In this document: positions 11,581-23,399 of the stretch, one piece after another
Numbering within the stretch: the stretch's first letter is position 1
How the letters are laid out: each line of letters opens with the position of its first letter
Assembly (NCBI RefSeq): GCF_035084215.1
Contig: NW_027139666.1
Span: forward strand, 4,092,001-4,156,000
DNA length: 64,000 nt
Reading direction: 5' to 3'
DNA from: Heptranchias perlo
Taxonomy: Eukaryota
Notes under the pieces: generated by a model
What the model was told of the DNA's origin: nothing
Seen by the model: the letters and a program-made list of their open reading frames with translations, nothing else
The model's database searches: none
Position numbers and translations under genes: made by a program

Positions 11581-11944
11581 GGCCATAAGTGAGAACTGTA
11601 ACAGAGTGGAACAAATTCACATTATCTTCGTTGTTACAGATTCAGGACAATGCGCAATGTGAGGAAATAGTTTCTCTCTGTAACTTCTACTCTCGTATTT
11701 TTTCATATTTTGTCAGTGAAAAATTAGACAATTGATTCATAATAAAGTTTTTGTTTTGATCGTTTGAAAGTTGCCCCAGTATATTTCAGTATACATTGCT
11801 CAATATTTCTGTCTGATTTCTCAGGACACGATTTATATTAATTCAAATAAACCGAACTGAAACACAAATAAAAACCGAGCGCAAATCTGGAAGTTTCAAT
11901 GGCGTCCGTCAAAAGTGAAAGGGATAAAATATAGAAAAAAATGA

Positions 11945-12045
11945 AAACCGAAAATGCTGGAAAGACTCAGCAGGTCCGGCAGCATCTGTGGAGAAGGGAA
12001 GCTCGGGTTAACGGTTCAGGTCAATGACCCTTCTATAGATCAGAA
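11945..12045 (-). mobile_element. Degraded terminus of a second Penelope-like family (copy at 32022-32122)
   Basis: Reverse complement ...GAAGGGTCATTGACCTGAACCGTTAAC...CCACAGATGCTGCCGGACCTGCTGAG...CCAGCATTTTC has a broken hammerhead-like core. It resembles a common shark repeat end (recognised from memory, not searched). Confidence 0.5.
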
Positions 12046-12317
12046 AGGTTAATCCGACATAATTTAAATAAGGAACGGGAATCGGCAGAGGGAAAAACTT
12101 CAGAGAATCAATTAATTTCACTAATCCTGGCAATTGTGTCCTGTGTCCACCGTACAGATCAGGGCAAATAACAATACAAAGGAACAGAGTTAAATTCATC
12201 GTTATGAGGGAAGAAATACATTTTAGAAGTATTTTTTAATATAAATTAGACCCGTTTGGAAACATTATCGCTCTGAACATCATCAAATTCGGTTCCAGTC
12301 TTGGTGTTTCTGAATTC

Positions 12318-12388
12318 AGCGTGCTGGGATTCAAACCTGTTGGAATTAACTGTTTGGAAGGCAGCTATACTCACCATTATAGCCCCTT
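12318..12388 (-). pseudogene. Decayed tRNA-Gly(TCC)
   Basis: Reverse complement TATAATGGTGAGTATAGCTGCCTTCCAAACAGTT...GGTTTGAATCCCAGC. Flank is homologous to that of tRNA 767-838. Confidence 0.7.
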
Positions 12389-12419
12389 ATTTCACGAGGA
12401 GAGAGAAATAGAGTGTTTC

Positions 12420-13520
12420 TGTGGAATTTCGGACTGGGTTTCTGGCACTTTAATCACAGACAATAAATCGTTCCCAAACATCAGCCCCTGATCAGACACA
12501 ACAAGCTGGTGGAATTTCTCATTTATAGATATTAAATAAGAGGACGACAAAAGCGAATAGGAAGAGGTTAGGAAGAAGTCACAAAAACAATTACGGAAGA
12601 AAACAGGAACCACGAAATCAAATTATCAAGGAATGTAAAAAGTAAAAGTAAATTAGTCCACAGACACAAAAAATAACAAAAGGAAAATCAGAATATCTTG
12701 AGAGCCACTAAGGGATTCACAAGATAAACTCACAGGTAACGTCAGCGAAATGCCACAAATATTGAATTATTACTTTACCTTAGTATTTACCCGGGAGATT
12801 AACAGGGTGAATATATTAGAGGAAGAGGTCAATAAAGATATCAAGGCATTTAAGTTAGAAAGGGTGGTAGAACTCCTGGTCCAGATGGATTGCATCCGCA
12901 CATATTAAATGAAACAAGGGAAGAACAGCAGAGGCACTGTTACATATATAGGAAAAATCATTACCGAAAGGAATAGTGCCAGAGGACTGTATGACAGTTA
13001 ATGTGATTCTTATATTTTGAAACAGGAGATAGAACAAATCCAGGGAACTAAAGACCAGTTAACTAAAGGTCGGTGGTAGGAATGATCATGGAATCTTTTA
13101 CTCCATGATGCAATAGAAAAACATTTAGAAACCAAAAATATAATAAAGAATAGTCAGCACGGATTTCAGAAAGGGAAGGTTTAATAGTTTGGCAGAAGGT
13201 TTGACAGTTTAAATTTCAGTTCAACATAACTTATCTGCTTTTCAATTCTATTCCTCTAGAATGTTCTGTGTTTGCTTTTTATGGTCTTATCAACCTGTGT
13301 TGCTACTTTTAATGATTTGTCAATCTGTACTCCAAAATCCCTTTGCTCTTCCATCCCATTTAGACTTTTATTTTCCAAGCAGGATGTGGCCTCCTTATTC
13401 CCCCGAGCGAAATGCACCACCTCACACCTTTCAATATGGAAATTCAATGCCCATTTACAAGCCTTTCAGCAAGCTTATTAAACTCTTTTTTTATGTTGTT
13501 GTATTTTTCCTCAGTATAAG
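12420..13520. mobile_element. Old CR1 fragments (+ ~12420-13180, - ~13200-13520)
   Basis: Degenerate 'EILNYYF', 'GNYRPV', 'SQHGFQKGK' motifs; minus-strand 'NFHIERCEVVHF..EQRDFGVQI'. Confidence 0.75.
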
Positions 13521-13978
13521 CGATACCCACTAAATTAATTACAAACATTGAATACAGCATTTCAACTAATGCTTTGTCCAATAAAATGTTCACCATTCAC
13601 AGTTTTTCCGAATCCCACCCGTGCAATATAATGTGAAGAATGAGTTTATCTTCTGTCCCTCTCTCATCTGCAAACTTCAATGACCCGGGGTTTGTGGACA
13701 TCTACTGGCCGGAAGCAGAATTGCAACAGTTCGGAACAAATTTCTGAAACCGGACAATGTGCAGTCTGAGCGTGTTTGTGATAGGTGGCACGTATTAAAT
13801 CTGATTGGTTTCTTCAGATGTCCAATCAAATTGATAAAGGAAAAATATTGTGACATCAGTCCCAATCACAATCATTGCCTTCTCCCATCCCTCATTAGAA
13901 TAGGGCGGTGGGGCTGCCTATTTAATCCGAGCTCGGAGCGGATTTGGGTCATTTCTGAGTCGGAAATTGATTTTGAAA

Positions 13979-14353
13979 ATGCCTGAAGACAAGAAAGCAG
14001 CTCCCAAGAAGGGCGCCAAGAAAACCTTGAGTAAAGCACCAGCCAAGGGCGGCAAGAAGCGGAGAAAGTCGAGGAAGGAGAGTTACTCCATCTACGTCTA
14101 CAAAGTGATGAAGCAGGTTCACCCCGACACCGGCATCTCCTCCAAGGCCATGAGCATCATGAACTCCTTTGTGAACGATATTTTCGAGCGCATCGCGGGT
14201 GAGGCTTCCCGCCTGGCCCATTATAATAAACGCCGCACCATCAGCTCTCGGGAGATCCAGACCGCCGTCCGCCTGCTGCTGCCCGGGGAACTGGCCAAGC
14301 ACGCCGTGTCGGAAGGGACAAAGGCGGTGACCAAATACACCAGCTCCAAGTAA
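13979..14353 (+). CDS. H2B: Histone H2B (replication-dependent)
   Basis: [11 protein letters not shown]...[11 protein letters not shown]...TKYTSSK; stem-loop at 14388-14403. Confidence 0.97.
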   Translation: MPEDKKAAPKKGAKKTLSKAPAKGGKKRRKSRKESYSIYVYKVMKQVHPDTGISSKAMSIMNSFVNDIFERIAGEASRLAHYNKRRTISSREIQTAVRLLLPGELAKHAVSEGTKAVTKYTSSK

Positions 14354-14387
14354 AACTCCACAATGTACTGAAAAAAAAAAACACAAA

Positions 14388-14403
14388 GGCTCTTTTAAGA
14401 GCC
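14388..14403 (+). terminator. Histone 3' stem-loop (H2B)
   Basis: AAA-GGCTCT-TTTA-AGAGCC-ACCCA. Confidence 0.95.
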
Positions 14404-15141
14404 ACCCACAGTCTCTCTGAAGACGCTGTACCGATACCTCTGGATGGAATCATTTTACGGTAGATAAGATAGTTTGACACTAACTGTCTCTCTATAACTT
14501 GTCCTTTTGTGATTTCTCTTGATATCGGGAAGATTCTCACAATAACTGCTGGGTATAATCTGTGTGTCGATGTTCAATTTACAGCCAATAAACAAAAACG
14601 TGTCCCTGAACCTCTCATTTCAGTTCTTTTTCCGCACCTTCCCCCGCGTCTGACCCTTCAGAGCCGTTTTAAGGCGGTGGATTCGAGTTCGGTCATTTCT
14701 TTCTCCTTCTCACGTTTGTTTGTTAATTATTCGGGACAAAATGAGGCTTTATTCCCGCCCGATTGAAAGCGAACGGAGAATGAAGCGGGTTGAAACAGAT
14801 TCTGGAAGTTGTGACGAGAAATGTGGAATAACAGAGTAAAAGATGAGATGTTTAAATATTTGTTTTTACGCGACATTATTTACTAAATCCGCTTCTTGTG
14901 TTACAAATATATTGGCGGGCTTTTCACATTTCAAAAAAACGGTTCTGGTCTGTATTTTCCGCCCTTTTCTCATTGACGGCTATTGATTGGTGAATAAAAC
15001 AGCCCTCTGATTGGTTTAAGGAACAGCTCAATGAGGTTGAGAACACATGGACCAATCACTGCAGTCCTCCAGAAAGTATAAGAAGGGCGAGTGCGGGAGG
15101 ATTTCTTCATTCTTTGTGAAAGTGTTTGTGAGATTGTGGAA

Positions 15142-15513
<372 letters not shown>

Positions 15514-16111
15514 AGCGGACACGATTTGATCTGATAAACCCAAAGCTCTTTTCAGAGCCACCCACTGTATCTGTGAAAGGGCTGGTTACTGTCGAAGCGA
15601 GTCATGAATCAATTTAATAGGGACTTGATTCCGATCCGAGAAACTAACAATAATTTGTTCAATCCATATGATCCAGATCGGTCTGTTGCAGTACTCGCTT
15701 CCGGACAGCAGATGTCGCCAATCTCCCATAGATTGATCATTGCAGATTGTATGGTGAATGAGACAAAAAATAACAAAATCGTCAGAATTGTCAATTGGGC
15801 GGGTGGGATACAGAAATACCAGGGACGCACATGATTATTTTCTGTCTCATTCTCGGACAACACTGGCTCAGTCTGAGTTATTTTGCCCAGATTTGAACAG
15901 ATGCTGACTGATATGCTGATTATTGTGTCAGCGATTGCTGAATTGAGAATGTGAGTGCAATTTCTTTTTGGATGTGAGTGAGGGAATTATTCTGTACCTG
16001 TCCGTCCCACATCTGCTCCCTCCCTTTTATGCATTTCCCATTCAAACAAGTTTCTCACGGCCATGCGATTTCAACCCAGGCGATCACAGCTCTTTCCATC
16101 GCCGATTTGGT

Positions 16112-16127
16112 GGCTCTGAAAAGAGCC
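16112..16127 (-). terminator. Histone 3' stem-loop (H3)
   Basis: Reverse complement GGCTCTTTTCAGAGCC, followed by a purine-rich AAAGAGCTG element. Confidence 0.93.
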
Positions 16128-16160
16128 TTTGTTGCACTTGGTGCTGAAGCCGGGTCGGGT

Positions 16161-16805
<645 letters not shown>

Positions 16806-17430
16806 TTAATCATCAATTTCAAAAAGCCCGCCAATTTCAGAGCATCAAATAACAGTTTCAAGAAAATTTCATTTCCCTCCAGCAATTAAAGAATCTCTCT
16901 CTTTATAATCTCCATTATTTCCATCTCCTCAGCTCAAATCTCAGGCTGTTTCACATTCCGGTTCATTCTCTGATCTGTCTGTAAACGGGCGGGAATAAAT
17001 CCCCGGTCATTGCTTTCCGTAACGGGACAAAGTCCAGCTTCAATTTCAAAAATCCCGCCAGTTCCAGCCCGGTGAACCGCTCCTCAAACAGAAACTTCAC
17101 ATCGAACTGATAATTGAATGAGGGCAGGAAATAAACACCGAGCAGAGAGGACACAGCGGGAGAGGGAGTGAGGAGGGATTTTACTCTGAGCGGAGAAGGT
17201 AATGTCTGGGGAAAGACTCTGTATCACCGCCTGTTCATTTATACCGTGAAACCGGGAATTCCGCTCCTTCTCTCGGGACGGCCGAGAACCCGGGCCGTTG
17301 TTTCTGATCTCCCTGCACCGAGTTTTGGGGAATCTCCCCATACTAATTAAATATCGGAAACTGATTCCCCATCCTGAGATCTTTCCTCTCCCCGTTCCCA
17401 GGTCAGTGCTCTCTCTGTGAGGCGGTGGGT

Positions 17431-17446
17431 GGCTCTGAGAAGAGCC
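17431..17446 (-). terminator. Histone 3' stem-loop (H4)
   Basis: Reverse complement GGCTCTTCTCAGAGCC-ACCCA. Confidence 0.92.
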
Positions 17447-17481
17447 TTTGTTTTGTGTCCGGTTAGAAAGGGTCGAGTTGT

Positions 17482-17802
<321 letters not shown>

Positions 17803-18477
17803 TCACTCAAATCGCTGCTGAATGAACAGCAAACTGATGTTGGTTCCGTTTTTATGCAGCCTGCCCTGACCTGACTGAAACAGACACAGGGTGAGAGAGG
17901 GAGGGGAGGAGACAGAGATAAATATTAAACAGGGAGGGGAGGAGACAGAGTGTGATATTAAACAGGGAGGGGAGGAGACAATCAGAGAGACGGACAGAGC
18001 GGAGAGCGGCCTCTGATCTTCCAGCTCCACCTCCAGCTTTCTCCACCCGCCAATTTCAAACCGTTTATCGATAACTGAACCGAAACACAGCGCTCCGCAC
18101 ATACCCTTATAGACTCGGGCTTCATATTCAAGGATTTCCAGAAACTCGGAGCTTTTAAATAAGCCCCATTACAATTAAGAGTCAGTGATATTCCTGCCCA
18201 AATACAGTCCCTTCTATAACATATCTCCCCGTCTCCTTCCATTTCAGTGGCAGACCCGATTCTATCTCCCCACACATCCCCTCCCAGACCGGTTCAGCAG
18301 TTTACAAACACTTATTCCAGCTGATTTGGAGAATCTCATGTGTTGGGGTTTGAATTGTGATAGCGGCGGATCTCCGCCAGTTTTACCCTGTCACGGACTC
18401 TCGCCCTGAATCTGTGAGAAAAATGAACTGGGACTGGAGCCGAACACACGCCAGCTCGAGTGAGGCCCGGCCCGGAC

Positions 18478-18573
18478 ATATCGGAAACTGCTTCCCCAGC
18501 CCGAGATCTTTCCTCTCCCCGTTCCCAGGTCTGTGAGGCGGTGGGTGGCTCTTGGAAGAGCCTTTGTTTTGTG
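18478..18573 (-). other. Orphan copy of the H4 3' end including stem-loop (18547-18562)
   Basis: Matches 17352-17457 but has no H4 coding sequence. Confidence 0.8.
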
Positions 18574-18731
18574 CTCTCTCTATTTTATTTCAGACAGTGG
18601 GGGTGGGGCGTGGGTAGTGAGTCACCAGGACCCTGGATTTATTTTCAATGATTTCCATCTGAAATCTGAGCCCGGCCCCGGGACAGGAATCATCTGATTC
18701 CGGGGTCAGCTCTTTTCTGAGAGACGTGGGT

Positions 18732-18747
18732 GGCTCTGAGAAGAGCC
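18732..18747 (-). terminator. Histone 3' stem-loop (H1)
   Basis: Reverse complement GGCTCTTCTCAGAGCC-ACCCA. Confidence 0.92.
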
Positions 18748-18783
18748 GTTGGGTTCAGATGTTCACAAGTTGCACTTGATTTT

Positions 18784-19419
18784 TTACTTCTTTTTGCCCG
18801 CTGCTTTCTTGGGCTTTGCTGACTTCGGCTTGGGCTTGGCCCTCGCTTTTTCTACCTTCTTCGCCTTCACCGGCTTGGGGGTCTTGGGCTTCTTAGCCGC
18901 CGCTTTCTTCTTAATTGGTGATTTCGCCGCCTTTTTCGTGATCGATTTCTTGGCAACAGGTTTCTTGACCGCTGATTTCTTGGCGGCCGGTTTCTTGGCC
19001 GTTAATTTCTTGACGGCTGTTTTTTTGTTCGCTGGTTTCTTTCCGGGAGATTTATTGGTCACTTGTTTCTTCACCTTCTTTCCCACTTTTGCCTGAGTTT
19101 CCTTCTTAGCGACTCTGAAGGAGCCCGAGGCGCCCGTGCCCTTGATCTGCACCAGGGAGCCTTTTTCCACATTTCTCTTGATACTTAATTTAATCTGGGA
19201 CCGGTGCTTCTCCACATCCAGGCCTTTGGCAGCCAGAACCTTCTTTATCGCGGCCAGGGATATCCCCTTGCGATCCTTGCAATCCGCCACAATCTTGAGG
19301 ATCTGTTCGCCCAACGGGGGACCGGTGGGTCGGGGGACCGCCTTCTTCTTATTCGGAGCATTGGTTTGAGCGGCGGCGGCGGCAGGAGGAGCCGTTTCGG
19401 CGGCTGCAGTGTCTGTCAT
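18784..19419 (-). CDS. H1: Linker histone H1
   Basis: 211 aa: MTDTAAAETAP, globular domain (RKGISLAAIKK...QIKGTGASGSFRV), K/A/P-rich tail, stem-loop. Confidence 0.96.
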   Translation of the reverse strand: MTDTAAAETAPPAAAAAQTNAPNKKKAVPRPTGPPLGEQILKIVADCKDRKGISLAAIKKVLAAKGLDVEKHRSQIKLSIKRNVEKGSLVQIKGTGASGSFRVAKKETQAKVGKKVKKQVTNKSPGKKPANKKTAVKKLTAKKPAAKKSAVKKPVAKKSITKKAAKSPIKKKAAAKKPKTPKPVKAKKVEKARAKPKPKSAKPKKAAGKKK

Positions 19420-19494
19420 GTCCGGGACTCTGGAGAAAATCTCTCTGACAGTCAGAGCTGGGTCAGAAATGAAACGAGAGGCGGCGGCACAGAG

Positions 19495-19572
19495 CAACTT
19501 AAAGGCACAAAGCGGACGGGGCGGAGACACCCTGCTGTCAGCTCCCGGCCCCTCCAGCCTCTCTGTGTTTCT
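19495..19572 (-). promoter_or_regulatory. H1 promoter with H1 box
   Basis: AAACACA (reverse complement of 19564-19570), GC box near 19518, TTTAA TATA-like element near 19500. Confidence 0.7.
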
Positions 19573-22500
19573 CTCTCCTCTTAAACTCGTTGGTTACAAT
19601 TAAAAGCGGGCACTCCAGAGTCCCAGACTAGCCCCTTCCTATATCTCACACCGGAATGTTTGCTGTCGAAAAACTTTCACCGGAATTGAAAGCACCAGTT
19701 TCGATTTAAACCCGTTTCATTGCTGCACTGATCGCGCTCTCTCACCCGATCGCTGACAGGATCTCCGTTTTTCGTCTGAAATCTGGAATTGAACTCAAAC
19801 CTTACCTTAATTTTTCACTTCGGAGCTCGGCAGGGGAGGAGTGCGATCCTTTGAAAGGGATTTTTTAAAATTTTACTGAAAAGCGACCCGGAAATCCGGC
19901 GATGTGACCGGCCACACAAACACAGTGACATTAATCTAACCCGCCCGCCCCTTTAACACACTCTCTCTGACACAATGTTCACATCTTCACATTCACAGGA
20001 CAAACTGGTCGCCTGATTGACAATTCCCGGGACAGGCTTTCCTCCCCGCTCGGCCTGTTCTGCAGATTCTCGGGGGTTAGTTGTAGTTTCCCAGCTCAGA
20101 AACTGTTAAACACTCTGAGGCCGGCGCTCCTCACAGTGTCTGGTCCCCAGATTCAGGGGCAGGAGCCAATCACAGCTGTTGGTGTGATAATTCACATCTG
20201 GTTTTAAAATATTATACTGTTCGTACACAGAAATATGTTTGGTTAAGACGATAATACAAATTATCCGCTCTGGGCTCTTCCAGTCTCTCTGTGTTTCTCT
20301 CTCCTCCTAAACTGACTGACAGACAATAGGAACTGGTGTCCTATCCGTCCCATTATCAACACCCAGAGACGGCTAGTTACAGAATAAATTCAACACTAAC
20401 AGGCAGTCCAGTGTCAGGCCGTTGCAGGCTGTTTCTCCCCACCTTTCCTTATTGGACTGGAGACTGATAAATGCACCGTCAATCCGGCTCATACATAATA
20501 GAAGGGACAGTGACCGTCTCACCAACAGCACCGGAGGTCTGTTCACAAACACTGAATCAGTCTTTACCTTCCACCAGGGTGTCGATATTAAGCTCAGTAA
20601 CAGTATTTCGCTTTCATTCACAGCGCTGGAGAGAGAGAAAGACAGACCGACAGATAAACAGACAGATAGAGACACACACACAGACAATGTGTCAGTCTCA
20701 CACTTCCTATCAGTATGTCCGTTTCACGCTCAATAACAGTATCCCACATTCATATGCTGTGCAAAAGAGAGAGAGAGAAACTGACCTGTACTGTCCAGTT
20801 TTCACCCAGTAACAAATTAGAAAAATATTCCATTCCAATTGCTATTCCAAGGTGGAGTGACAGAAGATGCAGTCTCATCTCTCACTAAAATTATTTCAGA
20901 GACAGACACATTATTAATCCCATTCTCAGGGACAGTGTCACACATTTAACCCTCTCTTGCATGTTTCACCCTTTGTAATCTTGCAGCTCAGGCCCATTCA
21001 GTATTTCTCTCAGTGACCGAGAGTTTCATTCCGATTGAAATAATCTGGGACTGTTGCTGTCAGATGTTAATCCCACACGGTCGCAGCAAACATACGGACT
21101 CCCACTTTGCTCCGCTGTTTCTCCAGGATTGGTTTGAGAAATCCTCCCTCCAGTTTCGGAGTCACGCGTTGCTTTATCAGTCAGGGAGCCAAGAATGAAC
21201 AGAACCCATTGGCTCATTTCACAGCCGCCCATTTTATCTATGAAAGGCCTTTTACCATCAAAAGATACCGAGAGAAACAGCAGGGATGGAAACATCGAGT
21301 TTAATAGTTAGAGATTGTAAAGTCAGTCTGGATTCCAGCGTTAGGCACTGGTGAAATCCCATCTGTTTCCATTCTGGTGCCTGTTCCTGCACTGCCTGTG
21401 GACCCCATTCCCTCTGACCTTTCTGAGAGTGATAATACACATACTGTGTGTGAGAAGGAGTTGGCTGCACTGTTCCTTTGTCTCGGGGGGAGGAAACTTC
21501 ACATTCATTCTGGATCCTTCTCGGATTTGCTCAGACTCTGAAAAATTCCAATTGGGGAAAGTTTCCATCGATTTTTGTATTGCGAATTAAAACAGATATC
21601 TGCGCATGCGTGACCCAGCCCCGCCCCCAGCGCTGATTGTTGGTGAGCGGAAGAGCGCATGCGCGCTCCGCTCCCCCAGCTCGGCCTGTGGGCGCCATTC
21701 CCTCAGTGAGCGGAAGAAGATGGTTTAAAACAGCCGGGAATGGAGAGATCACGGCCCCCGGGGGAAGGGAGCAAAGAGCAGCCTCGTTACAGCAGCTCAT
21801 CGCTTCGGGACCGTGTCCGCAGATGGGCTCAGATCGCCATTGAGTCCGGGGGAAGGTCAGGGGGAGTCCGGGGGCTGTTTGTAAGAGGCGGAGTGGATCA
21901 GGAACTGGTCCCGGAACATGGAGTGAGAGGGGGAAGGGAGAGGTCATTCTCGGGCTGTGTGTGCACAGTGTGTGTCCAGGGGAAGGGAGAGAGAATGGGA
22001 AGAACCTGCTATTTAAAATCATTGCTGTTTTCTCTCCCCAAACCAGTAGTGAATGGTCCTGGTTTAGTTCCTATCTCACCCTGTTTATTGTTATTGGACA
22101 GTGAACAGTGGAAACAGAGCCGGACAGTAAGGATGTGGGGAGTTATGCAAAGAGCATCTATTGAAGGCACCAGGTGAGAAGTGTGAAGGACACATTTCAA
22201 ACAGCGGCTGTTTGCTTTCAGTTGAACGGTTAGTCCCATGGGAGAGGGGATCAGAAACCCGACCTGTACAAAGGTCACTGCCCCATCGGGTAGTCCCATT
22301 CATGGATCAGTGCAGGGGTTGCGTTTTGTCTGGATGTCAATAAATTGTTCTAAAACAGCCTAACACACCTGGTATGCTGAAGCTGAGTGCTGCAGTCCTG
22401 CAGTCGAGTCAGACACTGACACTGTATCACTGGTTTTCATTTGTCGAAGCACAAAATAATTATTAACAGAGCTATTAAACTGATCACTTTTGTATTTTCT

Positions 22501-23399
22501 ACCTCACCTGTTATTGAGTAACAAGAGATAATTTTCTTTCTGCAGGCAAATCCGAGAAGGATCCAGAATGAATGTGAAGTTTCCTCCACCCGAGACAAAG
22601 GAACAGTGCAGCCAACTCCTTCTCACACACAGTATGTATATTATCACTCTCAGAGCACAGAGACACAGACAGGTCATCAGTTCCACAGTCTCAGACAGCA
22701 GAAGTAGTCAGTTCCACACTGATCCCAAGTTCCAGAGACACATCTTCAATCCAACAGTCAAACAGAGCAGGTGAGGCAGACGCTGTTCCATTGCACCCGA
22801 ACTCAGTCCCGCTGACAGGTAGATACAAAAATCCCAGTCCAAAGTCACACTATCAGATTGTCAATTTCCAAGAAGTGCAGCATTAGCCATGAACTAAAAA
22901 CCAGATACCCCGAGATTCCAATTGAATACTAGCCCAGAACTCTCACACACACACGGGAGTTTAATACATGCAGTATCCATTCGAATAGTGTACCATTCGA
23001 ATACAAATTGCAAGTCCAAAAATCATGTACAATATCAGATTGAGAAATCCTGTGACAGTGTAACCTGAGAAACAAATTAGATACCAGTTTATAATACACT
23101 CATAGCATGAGATTGAAAGATACAGTATCAATTCCTTTACTGCAGGCTGATCGACACATTATATACCAATTCAAAAATGTCACCATATCAGTTTGAAAGA
23201 AATATTATCATTCACAATAGTACTCACAGAGATACTGATATGATACTCGTCCAAAAAACACAAATCTTCTGATTAAAACCTCCAGCATCAAATCCTAAAG
23301 TGTATCCATGTTTACAAATTAAATACTGGGAAAAACTGTTTAAACATTAAGATCGTAAAGCTACAGTATTGAACACCATAATGTAATCTGAGAGAATAA

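Noticed and set aside
20281-20313. Second H1-box-like snippet resembling 19555-19587
   Set aside because: Short and low-complexity, with no gene downstream; function cannot be supported.
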